Assembly (NCBI RefSeq): GCF_030028105.1
Contig: NC_092379.1
Span: 71,126,008-71,190,007 of the forward strand
Source: Mobula birostris
Taxonomy: Eukaryota
Length of the DNA stretch: 64,000 bases
Direction of reading: 5' to 3'
Shown one piece after another: positions 10,517 to 24,301 of this stretch. The translations under genes were made by a program, and so were the position numbers. The notes beneath the pieces were generated by a model. It did not search any database. It saw only the letters and a list, made by a program, of their open reading frames with translations, and was not told the origin of the DNA. Within the stretch, counting starts at the first letter, position 1. The number at the start of each line of letters is the position of its first letter.

Positions 10517-13500
10517 ACTGACATTGGAGCAGAATTAGGCTATTTGGCCCATCGAGTCTGCCTGCCCTTTTATCATGCCTGATCCTTTCCCCTCTCAACC
10601 ACATTCTGCTCCCTTCTTCCTGTAACCTTTCATGCCCTGACTAATAACAAACTTAACAATCTCCACTTCAAACAAACCCAATGACTTGGCCTTCTCAGCT
10701 ACTTGTGGCAACAAATTCCACAGATTCACCAGTCTCGGGCTCAAGAAATTCCTCATCTCCATTCTAAATGGCCGTCCCGCTATTCTGAAGAAGTTTCCTG
10801 TGGTCTCCCCCCACCACAGGAAACGTTGTCTCCAATCCTAGTCTTATAAAGGCCTTTCAATATTTGATAGGTTCCAATGAGATTCCTTCTCTTCTCCACC
10901 CCCCCCCCCATTCTTCTAAATTCCAGCAAGTAAAGACCCAGATCCATCAATTGTTTCTTAGATGATAAGCCCTTCATTTCTGGAATCATTCTCGCTAACT
11001 TCCTCTGAACCCTTCTCCAATATCAACACATCCCTTCTTAGATAAGGAGCCAAACTACTCGCAATATTCCAAGTGAGGCCTCACTAGTGCCTTACAAACC
11101 CTCAACATTACATCCTTGCTTTAATATTCTAGTCCTCTTGAAATAAATGCCAACATTGCATTTGCCTTCCTCACCACTGACTCAACCTGCAAATTAACCT
11201 TAAGGAAATCCTGCACAAGGACTCCCAAGCTCCCTTGCACCTCTGTTTTTTGAACTTACTCCCCATTTAGAAAGTAATCTATCCTTTTATTTCTTCTACC
11301 AAAATGCACGACCATACACTTCCTGACACTATTCCATCTTCCACTTCTTTGTCCATTCTCTGAATCTGTCCTTCTGCAGCCTCTCTGCTTCATCAACACT
11401 ACCTGCCCCTCCACTTATCTTTGTAATGTCTGCAAACTTGGCCACAGAGCCATCAATTGTCATCCAAATCATTGATATACAACGTAAAAATCAGCAGTCC
11501 CAACATCGAGCCCTGCGGTTCACCATTAGTCTCCGGCGGCCAATTGGAAAAGGCTCCCTTCATTCCCACTCTTTGCCTCCTGTTAATCAGCCAATGCTCT
11601 AAACATGCAAGTATCTTGTATTACCATGGCCTCTTAAGAGTCTCGTATAGTACCTGAAAATCCAAGTACAAAACTTCTACTAATTCTTCTTTGTCTATCT
11701 GCTTGTTATTTCCTTGAAGAATTCCAACAAATTTGGGATTCCAACAGATTTCCCATGAAATCATGCTGATCTTGGCCTATTTTTATCATGTGCCTCCAAG
11801 TATCCAAAACCACATCCTTAACAGGACTCTAACTTCTTCCCAACCACTGAGGTCAGACTAACTGACCTATAATTTTCTTTTTTCTGCCTCTCTCCATACT
11901 TGAAGAGTGGAGTGACTTTTGCAATTTTCGAGTCCTCCTGAACCATGGCAGAATCTGTTGATTCTTGAAAGATCATTAGTTATGCCTCCACAATCTGTTC
12001 AGGTACCTCTTTCAGACCCTGGGCTGTAGACAATCTGGTCCAGGTGACTTATCTACCTTTGGACCTTTTAGTTGCCAAGCGCCTCCTTAGTATTAGCAAC
12101 TGCATTCATTTCTGCCCCCGACGCTCTTGAACATCTGGCGTACTATCAGTATCTTCCACCGTGAAGACTAATGCAAAATACTTATTCAGTTAATCTGCCA
12201 TTTCCTCATCCTCCATTACTGCCCCTCCAGCACATTTTCCAGTGGACCAATATATAATTTCGCCTCTCTTTTACTCTTTATACATCTGAAAAAACATTTG
12301 GTATCCTCTGATATTATTGGCTAGCTTACCTTAATATCTCATCTTCCTCCCCCCCCCCCCCCCCCGCCACCATGGTTTTTTTTCAGTTGTCTACTGTTGG
12401 TTTTTAAAAGTTTCCCAATTCTCTAACTTCCCACTTATTTTTGCTCTATTATATACCGTCTCTTTTGCTTTTATGTTGGCTTTGACTTCTCTTGTCAACC
12501 ACAGTTGCGTCATCTTGCCTTTAGAATACTACTTAGGGATGTATCTATCTTGCGTCTTCCAAATTGCTCCCAGAAACTTCAGATGTTGCTGCTCTGCCAT
12601 CATCCATGCTAGTGTTCCTTTCCAATCATCTTTGGCCAGCTCCTCTTTCATGCCACTGTAATACTCCTACATCTGACTTTAGCTTCTCCCTCTTAAATTA
12701 CAGGGTGAAGCTCCCTAATCAAATCTGGTTCATTACACAACACCCAATCCAGAATAGCTGATCCCCCAATTGCCTCAACCACGAGCTGCTCTAAAAAGCC
12801 CTCTCGGGATCCATCACTAACTTGATTGTCCCAATATACCTGCATATTGATATCCCCTAAGACTATTATAACATTTCCCTTTTGACATGCTTTTTCTATC
12901 TCCTGTTGTAACGTGTAGCCCATATTTTGGCTAGTGTTAAGAGGCCTGTATATAACTCTCAACAGGGTCTTTTAAACCTTTGCAGTTTCTTAAATCTGTC
13001 TGCAAGGATTCTACACCTTCTGAACCTTTGTCTCCTCATTCTAAGAATTTGATTTCATTTTTTTAACCAACAGAGCCATCCCAACCCCTCTGCCTACCTA
13101 TCTGTCCTTTCGATACAATGTGTATCCTTGGATGTTAAGCTCCCAACTATAATCTTCTTTCAGCCACAACTCAGTGTTTCCCACAACATCATACCTGCCA
13201 GTCTCTTAACTATGCTACAAGATCATCTACCTTATTCCGCATATTGCGCGCATCCAAATATAGCACCTTCAGACCTGTGTCCATCACCTTTTATGATTTT
13301 GTTCCTTTTTTTACACTGCAACTCACCCACTGACTTCAATTTTGCCCTATCATCTGCCTGTCCTTACTGACAGTCTTACTGCCTCTGCCTGTAACCAACA
13401 GCTGTATCCTCAGTCCTATCACTCCAGTTCCCATCATCCTGCTAAATTAGTTTAAACCTTCCCCAACAGCTCTGGCAAATCTGCCTGCAAGGATATTGGT

Positions 13501-13520
13501 CCCCCTCGGGTTCAGGTATT
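10517..13520 (-). mobile_element. HER1/CR1 LINE, antisense in TIMM8A intron, decayed
   Basis: Reverse-strand ORF2 pieces (DLGLYLLEFRRM; IIVLGDIN..GFLEQLV..AILDWVLCNEPDLIREL from the endonuclease region); 3' tail at about 10520. Confidence 0.9.
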
Positions 13521-13639
13521 TAATGCCAGTGTGCCTTCTCCTCTTCACCTGCCTAACCCCAGGTAGCTTCCTGTGACACAGCATGTCGTCATCAACCCAT
13601 GGTATCCTCTACAATTAGAGCATTTGCTTGTCTGGGCCT

Positions 13640-14520
13640 AGGACTGAGTGAGCCAATGAGAACGTCCTCCTCTGTGCAACTGGATGTTGGACTTTCTGAC
13701 GACAGACCTCAGATGATTAGGATGCACAACTGCCCCTCTCACCCCACCATCCTTAACATGGGTGCCACCCAGGGCTGGCTGCTGAGCCCATTGCTGTACA
13801 CTCTGCTCACGCATGACTGCATGGCCAACCACCCGAGTAATCACACTGTCAAGTTCGCCGATGGTACAACAGTCGCATCACCAACAATGGAGGCGTAATA
13901 CCAGTCCTCTCCCTCATTGTCAGTTAGACAAAGGAGATGGTTATCGACTTCAGGAGAAGCCACACCACTCACACCCGTTTCTGCTTTGGTGGCATAGCAG
14001 AGTAAACTGCAAACGGTTTCGAACTCGGGCGTGCACATCTCACACAACCTCTCATTATCCCAGAACACATCCTACACAGTCAGGAACGCTCACCAACTCC
14101 TCTACTTTCTGAGGAGGCTGACGAGAGTTGAACTGTGCACATCTATGCTCCTGACCTTTTACAGATGCGCAGTAAAGAGCATCCTAACAAGCTGCATCAC
14201 TGTGGCAGACAGTAAGACAACAGGTAGTCAAAACTGCCCAATGCGTCACTAGCACCAGCCTACCCTCCGTCAAGGTTATATATACAGAAAGCTGCCAGAA
14301 AAAGCCCGGTGAAATCATGAATGATCTCACCCACCCTATTCAAGGACCTTTTCTCCCACTCCCATCAGAGAGGAGGCTTTGTAGCACCCATGTCAGGACC
14401 ACCAGACTCAAAATCAGTTACTTTCCTCAAGCAGTGTCTGATCAACACCTCCACCGACTAACCCACCCTCCACATCAGTTCCCCCCGCCCCCCCCCACCT
14501 CCACTTTGTCATTTCCTGTC
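13640..14520 (+). mobile_element. Rex1/Babar-type LINE fragment (3' UTR resumes at about 16713-16920 after the CR1 insertion)
   Basis: GATQGWLLSPLLYTLLTHDC..VKFADGT; LYFLRRL..FYRCAVKSILTSCITV; TTRLKISYFPQAV. Confidence 0.8.
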
Positions 14521-16713
14521 GGTAGGTATGAGACGTGAATTAGCTAAGATAGACTGGCAAATGACACTTAAAGGATTGATGGTGGATATGCAATGGCAAG
14601 CATTTAAAGGTTGCATGGATGAACTACAACAATTGTTCATCCCAGTTTGGCAAAAGAATAAATCAAGGAAGGTAGTGCACCCGTGGCTGACAAGAGAAAT
14701 TAGGGATAGTATCAATTCCAAAGAAGAAGCATACAAATTAGCCAGAGAAAGTGGCTCACCTGAGGACTGGGAGAGATTCAGAGTTCAGCAGAGGAGGACA
14801 AAGGGCTTAATTATGAAGGGGAAAAAAGATTATGAGAGAAAACTGGCAGGGAACATAAAAACGGACTGTAAAAGCTTTTATAGATATGTAAAAAGGAAAA
14901 GACTGGTAAAGACAAATGTAGGTCCCCTGCAGACAGAAACAGGTGAATTGATTATGGGGAGCAAGGACATGGCAGACCAATTGAATAATTACTTCGGTTC
15001 TGTCTTCACTAAGGAGGACATAAATAATATTCCAGAAATAGTAGGGGACAGAGGGTCCAGTGAGATGGAGGAACTGAGCGAAATACATGTTAGTAGGGAA
15101 GTGGTATTAGGTAAATTGAAGGGATTGAAGGCAGATAAATCCCCAGGGCCAGATGGTCTGCATCCTAGAGTGCTTAAGGAAGTAGCCCAAGAAATAGTGG
15201 ATGCATTAGTGATAATTTTTCAAAACTCGTTAGATTCTGGACTAGTCCCTGAGGATTGGAGGGTGGCTAATGTAACCCCACTTTTTAAAAAAAGAGGGAG
15301 AGAGAAACCGGGGAATTATAGACCGGTTAGCCTAACGTCGGTGGTGGGGAAACTGCTGGAGTCAGTTATCAAGGATGTGATAACAGCACATTTGGAAAGC
15401 GGTGAAATGATCGGACAAAGTCAGCATGGATTTGTGAAAGGAAAATCATGTCTGATGAATCTCATAGAATTTTTTGAGGATGTAACTAGTAGAGTGGATA
15501 GGGGAGAACCAGTGGATGTGGTATATTTGGATTTTCAAAAGGCTTTTGACAGGGTCCCACACAGGAGATTAGTGTGCAAACTTAAAGCACACGGTATTGG
15601 GGGTAAGGTATTGGTGTGGGTGGAGAATTGGTTAGCAGACAGGAAGCAAAGAGTGGGAATAAACGGGACCTTTTCAGAATGGCAGGCGGTGACTAGTGGG
15701 GTACCGCAAGGCTCAGTGCTGGGACCCCAGTTGTTTACAATATATATTAATGACTTGGATGAGGGAATTAAATGCAGCATCTCCAAGTTTGCGGATGACA
15801 CGAAGCTGGGTGGTGGTGTTGGCTGTGAGGAGGATGCTAAGAGGATGCAGAGTGACTTGGATAGGTTGGGTGAGTGGGCAAATTCATGGCAGATGCAATT
15901 TAATGTGGATAAATGTGAAGTTATCCACTTTGGTGGCAAAAATAGGAAAACAGATTATTATCTGAATGGTGGCCGATTAGGAAAAGGGGAGGTGCAACGA
16001 GACCTGGGTGTCATTATACACCAGTCATTGAAAGTGGGCATGCAGGTACAGCAGGCGGTGAAAAAGGCGAATGGTATGCTGCCATTTATAGCGAGAGGAT
16101 TCGAGTACAGGAACAGGGGGGTACTACTGCAGTTGTACAAGGCGTTGGTGAGACCACACCTGGAGTATTGTGTGCAGTTTTGGTCCCCTAATCTGAGGAA
16201 AGACATCCTTGCCATAGAGGGAGTACAAAGAAGGTTCACCAGATTGATTCCTGGGATGGCAGGACTTTCATATGAAGAAAGACTGGATGAACTGGGCTTG
16301 TACTCGTTGGAATTTAGAAGATTGAGGGGGGATCTGATTGAAACGTATAAAATCCTAAAGGGATTGGACAGGCTAGATGCAGGAAGATTGTTCCCGATGT
16401 TGGGGAAGTCCAGAACGAGGGGCCACAGTTTGAGGATAGAGGGGAAGCCTTTTAGGACCGAGATTAGGAAAAACTTCTTCACACAGAGAGTGGTGAATCT
16501 GGAATTCTCTGCCACAGGAAACAGTTGAGGCCAGTTCATTGGCTATATTTAAGAGGGAGTTAGATATGGCCCTTGTGGCTACGGGGGTCAGGGGGTATGG
16601 AGGGAAGGCTGGGGCGGGGTTCTGAGTTGGATGATCAGCCATGATCATAATACATGGCAGTGCAGGCTCAAAGGGCCGAATGGCCTACTCCACCTATTTT
16701 CTATGTTTCTATG
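14521..16713 (+). mobile_element. Young 5'-truncated CR1/HER1 LINE with an uninterrupted 666-aa ORF2 (RT) segment
   Basis: ORF 14528..16528 with KSPGPDGLHPRVLKE, NYRPVSLTS, QHGF, YLDFQKAFD, SGVPQGSVLGP, FADDTKL; no endonuclease; (TTTCTATG)n tail at about 16697-16713. Confidence 0.97.
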
Positions 16714-18016
16714 TACAGACACTCCTGAGTCTAGTGACACTTCACAGACATACAGTCAATCTACGTACTGTATAATAAGCTATCGTTTGAATTTATATTT
16801 ATTGTTCTTTATCATTGTGTTCTTTACTTTGTGTTTTTTATGCTGTATTGGATCCGGAGTAAGAATTATTTTGTTCTCCTGTACACTTGTGTACTGCAAG
16901 TGACATTAACCGATCTTCAATCTGCACACAGGAGAGCGGGCTGCAGACAACTGTGACGGATCTGGGACTGAGAAGGGTGTAGAGAGCATTGGGAATGGAT
17001 TCCAGTGGAGGCTGGGAGTGTTAACAGTGAAAGGTGCCAGAGTTTGCAGGACACTTGGTGCGGATTCAATGTCTGGGGACACAGAAGGGTGCCTTGTGCT
17101 GTTATGTTTGGTGAGGTTTATGAGTGTGTGTTGGGGACTGTGGTTCTCTGTCTTGGTGATCGCAGGAATGGAACTGTGTCCTTTGCATAGGGTGATCCTA
17201 ATTTTACTTCATGTCAAACAAGGTGTTTGCGAGCAGCATCTTTGGGGCTTTTACCTGTGGCTCAGTTTGAATTACGGAATTGTTACGGCAAAGGAGACCT
17301 CCTTTATGTGAGAGTACTCCCAATCCCACTGCACTGCCTTTTCCCAATTGCCCTCCCAAGTTCTTTTCTTTCAGGCACCAATGTACTTTTTTGTTCCTAG
17401 TGTTCAGCAAAATCAGGTACTTTGGCTACTTTACACAGAAAGTTGATATGCAGCAACTTCTGCTTTCTGTAAAATCACAATGAGTAACCATAACAACCAT
17501 GGACTAGTTCAACTTTTACCTGCTTCACTTCTTTGAAAGTCTCTTCCCTTCTTGCATATTCATAGACACTTTCTGTCCTTCTGCCACCTCCAATGTGTTT
17601 TTTTCCACCACTGGGCAGCACCTCCCACAAACAAATTGTTTTGGTTAGTAACAAACAAGATGCTGGAGGTGGGCACACAGCCAATGAGGGAAATGGATAT
17701 CTGTCATTTTGGGTTGAGATTGTTCACCAGTCCAGATGAAGGATCTCAACCCAAAATGTCAATTGTCCATTTCCCCTCTTTAGATGCTGCCTGACTTGCT
17801 GAGTTCCCTTAACATATTTTTATGTTGCTCTTAAATTCCATCACTCTGCAATCTTGTGTCTGGTATTAGTTACTGCTGTGAGCACTTTGAAAGCCACATG
17901 CAACATTCCAGTTCTACAGCTGACTGATACCCTAGAAGCTTGTGCCTGTGAGTCTCTTTGGCTAGACCCAGAATTTCTGCAAACCTCTCAGTTGCTTATC
18001 TTTCTCTCCCTGGTAG

Positions 18017-18175
18017 GACAAGTGTATGGATAAACCAGGCCCACGGCTTGATAGCAGAACAGAAACCTGCTTGGTTAACTGCGTGGAACGTTTCATTGAC
18101 ACCAGCCAGTTCATCCTCAATCGACTAGAACAGACACAGAAAAGCAAAATGTCTTCCGAGAGCTTAAGTGACTAA
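18017..18175 (+). CDS. TIMM8A: TIMM8A exon 2
   Basis: Acceptor ggtag|GAC; [52 protein letters not shown]. The spliced 89-aa protein has the twin CX3C motifs (CWDKC, CLVNC). Confidence 0.97.
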   Translation, partial: DKCMDKPGPRLDSRTETCLVNCVERFIDTSQFILNRLEQTQKSKMSSESLSD

Positions 18176-18363
18176 TTGGATGGTCAAGTGGGAGAGTTGA
18201 TACCACAGATCGCCACACTATATGGGACAGGCACCAGTGCTCTCCGATGGTGGTGAGAAGGCACTGGAGCAACTCCACTGGGCTTGGTAACCCACAGCTG
18301 CTCTTAAATGGATCTTATATAATGGTAATGTGTCTCTGAGACCGAATCTAAATAATATCCTGA

Positions 18364-18468
18364 AATAAAGCATGGTGGAATTTTTTTACAATAAATTGTG
18401 CATAATCATAGCAATGACATAATGTTTCAGGAGTTGTTTCAAAATTATTCATGTTGAGAGCAAATAAA
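18364..18468 (+). terminator. Cluster of candidate TIMM8A poly(A) signals
   Basis: AATAAA at 18364, 18390 and 18463. Confidence 0.55.
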
Positions 18469-18934
18469 GAAAGTAATTTTTATCTTTGAAGAGAGTTGAC
18501 TGAGATCCTTGGGAGGTGACTGGTATTGGCAAGAATGGCATTTCCTGGCCTCCTTATTATCTTTGTGAAGTCGGTGGTGGTATGCTGCTTTCTGGTGAAG
18601 GTACTATTATGGCGCAGTTGAATAGCGGATTCTGGGATTTAGAGCCAGCAATCCAATTTCCAAGTGCTGTTTAACTTGGAATAGGATCTGTAGTTGTGTT
18701 CCTGTGTTTTTACAGCCATCTGCCTTGGCAGTTGAGTGCTCAGGTTTGGGCAATGCTGTCGAGTCGACTAGGTGAGTGACTGTAGTATGTCTTGTAGATA
18801 GTGCAGTGGTAGAGGATGGTAAATTAGCTACTTTATCCTGGTATTATCGAAGGTCTCACCCTGAAACATTGACTGCCCTCTTCCCTCCACAGATGCTACC
18901 TGAACTACTGTGCACCTGCAGCGTTTTGTGGGTT

Positions 18935-19890
18935 GATCCAGGAGAGGTCACAGGTTGAACAGGAGATTGATGAAGTTGATGTGATGACTTAGTTTCAGTG
19001 ACCAGGGGTTGGAGGAAGGTAGATGGGTTGGCTGCTGAGAGACTGGTTTTGATCCAGGAGAGGTCAAGGGTTGGACAGGTGACCAGGGGTTAGAGGAAAG
19101 TAGATGGGTTGGCTGCTGAGAGACTGGTTTTGATCCAGGAGAGGTCAAGGGTTGGACAGGTGACCAGGGGTTAGAGGAAAGTAGATGGGTTGGCTGCTGA
19201 GAGACTGGTTTTGATCCAGGAGAGGTCACGGGTTGGACAGGTGACCAGGGGTTGGAGGAAGGTAGATGGGTTGGCTGCTGAGGGGCTGGTTTTGATCCAG
19301 GAGAGGTCACGGGTTGGACAGGTGACCAGGGGTTAGAGGAAAGTAGATGGGTTGGCTGCTGAGAGACTGGTTTTGATCCAGGAGAGGTCACGGGTTGGAC
19401 AGGTGATCAGGGGTTAGAGGAAAGTAGATGGGTTGGCTGCTGAGAGACTGGTTTTGATCCAGGAGAGGTCACGGGTTGGACAGGTGATCAGGGGTTAGAG
19501 GAAAGTAGATGGGTTGGCTGCTGAGAGACTGGTTTTGATCCAGGAGAGGTCACGGGTTGGACAGGTGACCAGGGGTTAGAGGAAAGTAGATGGGTTGGCT
19601 GCTGAGAGACTGGTTTTGATCCAGGAGAGGTCACGGGTTGGACAGGTGATCAGGGGTTAGAGGAAAGTAGATGGGTTGGCTGCTGAGAGACTGGTTTTGA
19701 TCCAGGAGAGGTCACGGGTTGGACAGGTGATCAGGGGTTAGAGGAAAGTAGATGGGTTGGCTGCTGAGAGACTGGTTTTGATCCAGGAGAGGTCACGGGT
19801 TGGACAGGTGATTGCTGAGTTGAAGTGATGACTTGGTTTCAGTGACCAGGGGTTGGAGGAAGGTGGGTGGGTTGGCTACTGAGGGGCTGA
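18935..19890. repeat. Minisatellite, 81-bp unit, about 10 copies, flanked by longer (~115-bp) boundary units
   Basis: gatccaggagaggtca recurs at 19051, 19132, 19213 ... 19780 (period 81), and at 18935 (116 bp earlier). Confidence 0.97.
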
Positions 19891-20619
19891 TGTTTCCTGG
19901 GCGATGTCAAGTTTCAGTGTAGTTGGCTGCATGTTACTTTCAAGTTGCATATGTTACATCACTTTTGTGCTTGGTGGACAATGGAATATCATTGGGATGT
20001 TGAGATTCTTGCAGTGGAATAACCAATCTGTTTAATAGTTTCAGCTTGCATCCATCAGTAAACGTAAAGTGAATAAGTAAACGTAGACGTATCAGTAAAT
20101 GTAGAGTGAATAAGTGAGCTCAGAGAAATTTGTTTACTGTTGAAGTTCATGGGATTTGAAGTTGGCCTGCATCCTAAAGTTCCCAAGGTGGTGACTGTGG
20201 AAAGGACAGATACATTGATTGTCTTCCAAAATTAGTTTCAAGAATTTCTATCAACTAGAAAGTACCTAGATGTAATGCTGTTATTTCACAAAGAAGCAAG
20301 AAGAAATGGAAACATGAGAAAACGCTGGTACCCTTGTGTCTCACCCTATCTTATCAAATAGGGTGACTATTGTTACTTCCAGTCTGCGTGAACCATTCTT
20401 CATTCTTTGGAATTTGAGATGGCAATTAATGCATTATTAGTGAAGTGTTAGGAGTTTAAACTGGTGAGGCAGCAAGCGAGACCCAGATGACTGTGCAGCA
20501 GGTGAGGAGACTCACTCCAGTGGACAGAGCAGACAGGGAAGAGGGGAAGCACAAGAGGGCTGGTGGCTTAACCGTATTTACCTTAATGCAAAGAGCCTCA
20601 CGGATCAGCACAAGGGGTG

Positions 20620-22760
20620 GTATTATTGTTGTGACCATGGAAATGTGGTTTTGGGAATAGCAGGACTGGAAGCTGAATGATCTGATGTATAGAAGTTACA
20701 GGTGCAAAAGGGGAGGAGTTGTACTGCTGATCAGCAAGAGTACTACAGTGAGGATATCCTGGAGAGAGTGGCCAGTGAGCTTAGATGTGTACAACTTCAG
20801 AATGAGACAGAGGCTGTCACTTTGGGGTTTACTATAGGCTTCCCAGTAGTCAGTCGGAATAGGAACAGAAGGCCATAAAGGCAGTAAAGCTGTACTAGTA
20901 AAGGAATGAAGTTTCTCAACATTGAATGAGATTGCTTTAGTTGAAAATGCTTTCAGGTTTTTCTGAAGCAACATGCACAGAGTCCAACTAGAGATGGGGC
21001 TGAATTAGGGAATACAGATGTGCAAATGATTGAAGAGATTGGTGGAGCTCTCTGGGATAAGTTTGGCAAGCTGGTAATGAAAAACAATAAAATAGTTCCC
21101 TTGAGTTTGGAGCGTAAATTAGGAGAAGGCAGTTTTCCATACTGTGGGATGGTACCTGGGAAAGGCAGATTTGGAGGAACTGCCAGAGGGAAACACATTT
21201 GGTAAATCCAGCGATTAGAAGTGAAATGACAAGAATTCGGAGTCCCTGTAAGAGATAATGAAGGATATTGAAAAACTGATCGGTAAAAGGAGGCATGTGT
21301 CAAATGTAGGAAGTCACCAAACAAGTCATTTGAAGTTCATAACAGACAGAAGAAAATGGAAAAATTAGGGCAAAAAGGAGTCATGAAATGTCCTTGGCAA
21401 GAATAATTACAGAATCGTAAAAATATATTAAAGTAAGAGGATAGCTAAGGAAGGAACTAAGGGGTGATCTAAGTGTGATCCTAAATGAGTAATTCCCATT
21501 GGTATTCACCAGGGAGGTGAATTTGTGGGCTGTCTAAAGTTGAGAGGGCTATAGTGGTTTGGAGCTGTAATGTCTGACTCAAAGGATAAGATTCTCATCA
21601 CTAAGGGGCCCAATTCCTTCTTAGCTAACCTCTTGTTTCAGTATGAAGGAGGTGTAAGAGCTAGAAATATTTGTGCACCTTAAAGTGGATTGATCCTAGG
21701 ACAAAGATGAAAGCAAAAATGGAGATTGCTCAGGCCTTGGAGATGTTTGCACTTTGTTAGTCATATGTATGGTACTATAAGACCGGAGGGCAGCTATTGT
21801 GCTTTTATTTAAAAAGGGCAGCTGAGACGAGCCTGGAAACTACAGGCCAGTGAACTTTACATCAGTGGTTGAAAAGTTGAAGGTTCTATGAGACCAGGAT
21901 TTATATTCACTTGGAAAGATGGGACTGATTGGGAGTTGCTATGATTTGTACGGAGGAGATCAAGTCTCAATCTTTTTTTGAGGAGGTAGCCAAGGAGTTT
22001 GACGAACAGTGTGGTAGATATTTCCTATATGTACATTAATAAAGCTTTTTACAAAATAGGCTGGCCTAGAAGGTAATGGTATGATGAAAGGTGTTGATAA
22101 ATTGGGTCCAAAATTGCCTGAGTGATATGAGACAGGGTAGTGGTGAAAGGGTGTTTTCTGACTGGAGAATGTGTAACAAGTATGCACTTCCCATCCTGCA
22201 GGGATGGTACTGGGGTCTTTGTTCATAATATATAGAAATGACTGGGAGTATGATTAAGCTTGCAGATAATATGAACATTTATGGAACAGCAGATAGTGAA
22301 GGCTGTTTAAAGTGATGGTGGGACATAATCAGAAAGTTGAAGGAGAATTCCAGGTAGAATTTAATCTGACCGAGTGTGAGGTAATACACTTGTGGTTAAA
22401 TTTTGGGTGAACATATGGAGTAAATGTCAGGGATGTTGTGAATATTGATGTAGTTAGATCTTGGGGTACCAGTCCATTGCTCCCTGAAAGCTCTGAAACA
22501 AGTGGATAGGACAGTAAAGAAGGCATTTTGTATGCTTGTTTTCATTGAGCATAAGAATTGGAACATCATGTTACAGCTTTAAATATTTAGACCACACTTG
22601 GATCATAATTGTGTACAGTTATGGTTGCCACACATGAGCAAGAATATGATAGCAATAGAGAGAATGTAGAAGAGATAAAGTCCATTTGCATCATCTTGGT
22701 GAGAATAGATACACATCTCAGTGGGGTGAAGGGCCTGTTTCTGTGGTGATCTTGCCAAAT
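20620..22760 (+). mobile_element. Old decayed CR1 LINE
   Basis: Remnants cctggaaactacaggccagtgaac (PGNYRPV), gggatggtactggggtc, ttgcagataat (FADD-like), agaccacacttgga (RPHLE). Confidence 0.7.
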
Positions 22761-24295
22761 GGCCTACTGTTAATGAAAAGCTTATCAAAATGCTAACTGT
22801 AAGTATCAGTTTGTTAGAAAACCTTTTCTTCAGGGTAGGAATTTCGCATCCTTACTTAATCTGGGTGTATATGTGAGCCCAGACTCACCAGTGACTCTGA
22901 GCTGGCTCCTCTGTACAGGTACAAGAAACACCAGTGACATCAACATCCGAAGTTAAGCTCACAATCCAAGAATAGGGAGTATCCCTGAAAGACATGGTGT
23001 TAGAAAGATCCCATTCGCTTAGTCTTGTATTTCACTGCCATCCCCTCACAAGAGGTTTTCCTCACAACAATGGGATGACAGTGACTCAATCCCTGAGCTG
23101 CTCCTTGCTGCTTTACTAAATCTAGGGGAAGCCCCTGGTCACGTTGTTCTACCTTTGTCCAAGTAAAGTGATTAAAAACCTCCACAGTGTTATCAGCACT
23201 GTAAAAATATATTTAATGTAAGACATTTTTCAGTCACTTAAATTAGAACAGTAGCTGGACTAAGTCGCAAGTGCCTGGGACTGATGAGAATTGTGTGTTG
23301 TTAGTTCTACGCTCTGTATAAAGGTTTCTCCTTTTGATATTTCTGATGAAAAGTACGTGCTGAAGAGCATCATCATGGAGCGTCCCTGAGGTGAAACGTC
23401 AACTGTTTCTTTTCTCACAGATACAACCTGACATGCTGAGTATTTCCAGCATCCACAGTATTTTGATCTGCAGTACATTTACTGTTTGGACAAAGGCTGT
23501 GCCAAGCAGGTAGTTTTTCAGTAGCATCTAGGTCTGATTACTTTCCAACAGCTTGAACTATTCAAGCCTTGCGATATGTTTGCAATGCTCATAGCTCCAG
23601 GTCTGCTTTCATCACCAGCCTAGCTCCAGGCAAGTGATGGGTTCACGTGTCAGAATATTAAAGCACTTTGAGCAACAGTCTGGACAAAGCACTTCACTGC
23701 ATGGGTGATAAAAGTGGAACTCCTTGTTTCTGTAATCCAGTAGAGCTGCTACCTCAACATAAGAGACCAGGGTTTGAGATCTAATGTAGGATTAATGTAA
23801 ATAGGGGATTTGATGGTCAGTGTGGACACTGGACAGTAGGGCATCTTGCTGTACTTTTCTGAAATCAACCCTGAACTCCTTTAAAGTCCCTTCTGCAATG
23901 CTCCAGTACGTACTTGCAGAGCAGGTCTAGCACTGGAATCAGTAAAAAGATGCTGATAAACTGTTGTATGTATTGTGTCACAGTCTACTGTGGTGGAGAG
24001 CTCAAGACTCCATTAGTGTAAGGAGAAGTCTTTCTACAGGTTGAAACTCTGGCCCAGCAGCATTTAGATCTTTAATACAGATCTGTACTAATTGGCTAAT
24101 TCTAAGGACTAAAATTAACTAAGATCTGTACCTGATTAACCTACCAGTGTAACTTTTACATTATCAGCCAACAGCTTTCCCAAGTTAGGGAAAATTTGAG
24201 TTACCAATAGTTCTTGAGAACAGAACCCTCACTAACTGGGGAGTGTCCTGTACTTAAAAGAACAGTCCTGATTAGTGGTAGATAATTGGGACAGT

Positions 24296-24301
24296 TTTAT
24301 T
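24296..24301 (-). terminator. Candidate poly(A) signal of the NIPA-like gene
   Basis: TTTATT on + (AATAAA on -) about 750 nt downstream of the stop; unverified. Confidence 0.35.

Noticed and set aside
14528-16528. 666-aa RT ORF as a host gene or autonomous element
   Set aside because: 5'-truncated CR1 lacking ORF1 and endonuclease, with a typical CR1 tail and a terminal frameshift.
18948-19391. 147-aa ORF with 27-aa repeats (mucin-like)
   Set aside because: The 81-bp unit is a multiple of 3, but other units carry in-frame stops, it starts at GTG, and there is no splice or promoter support.
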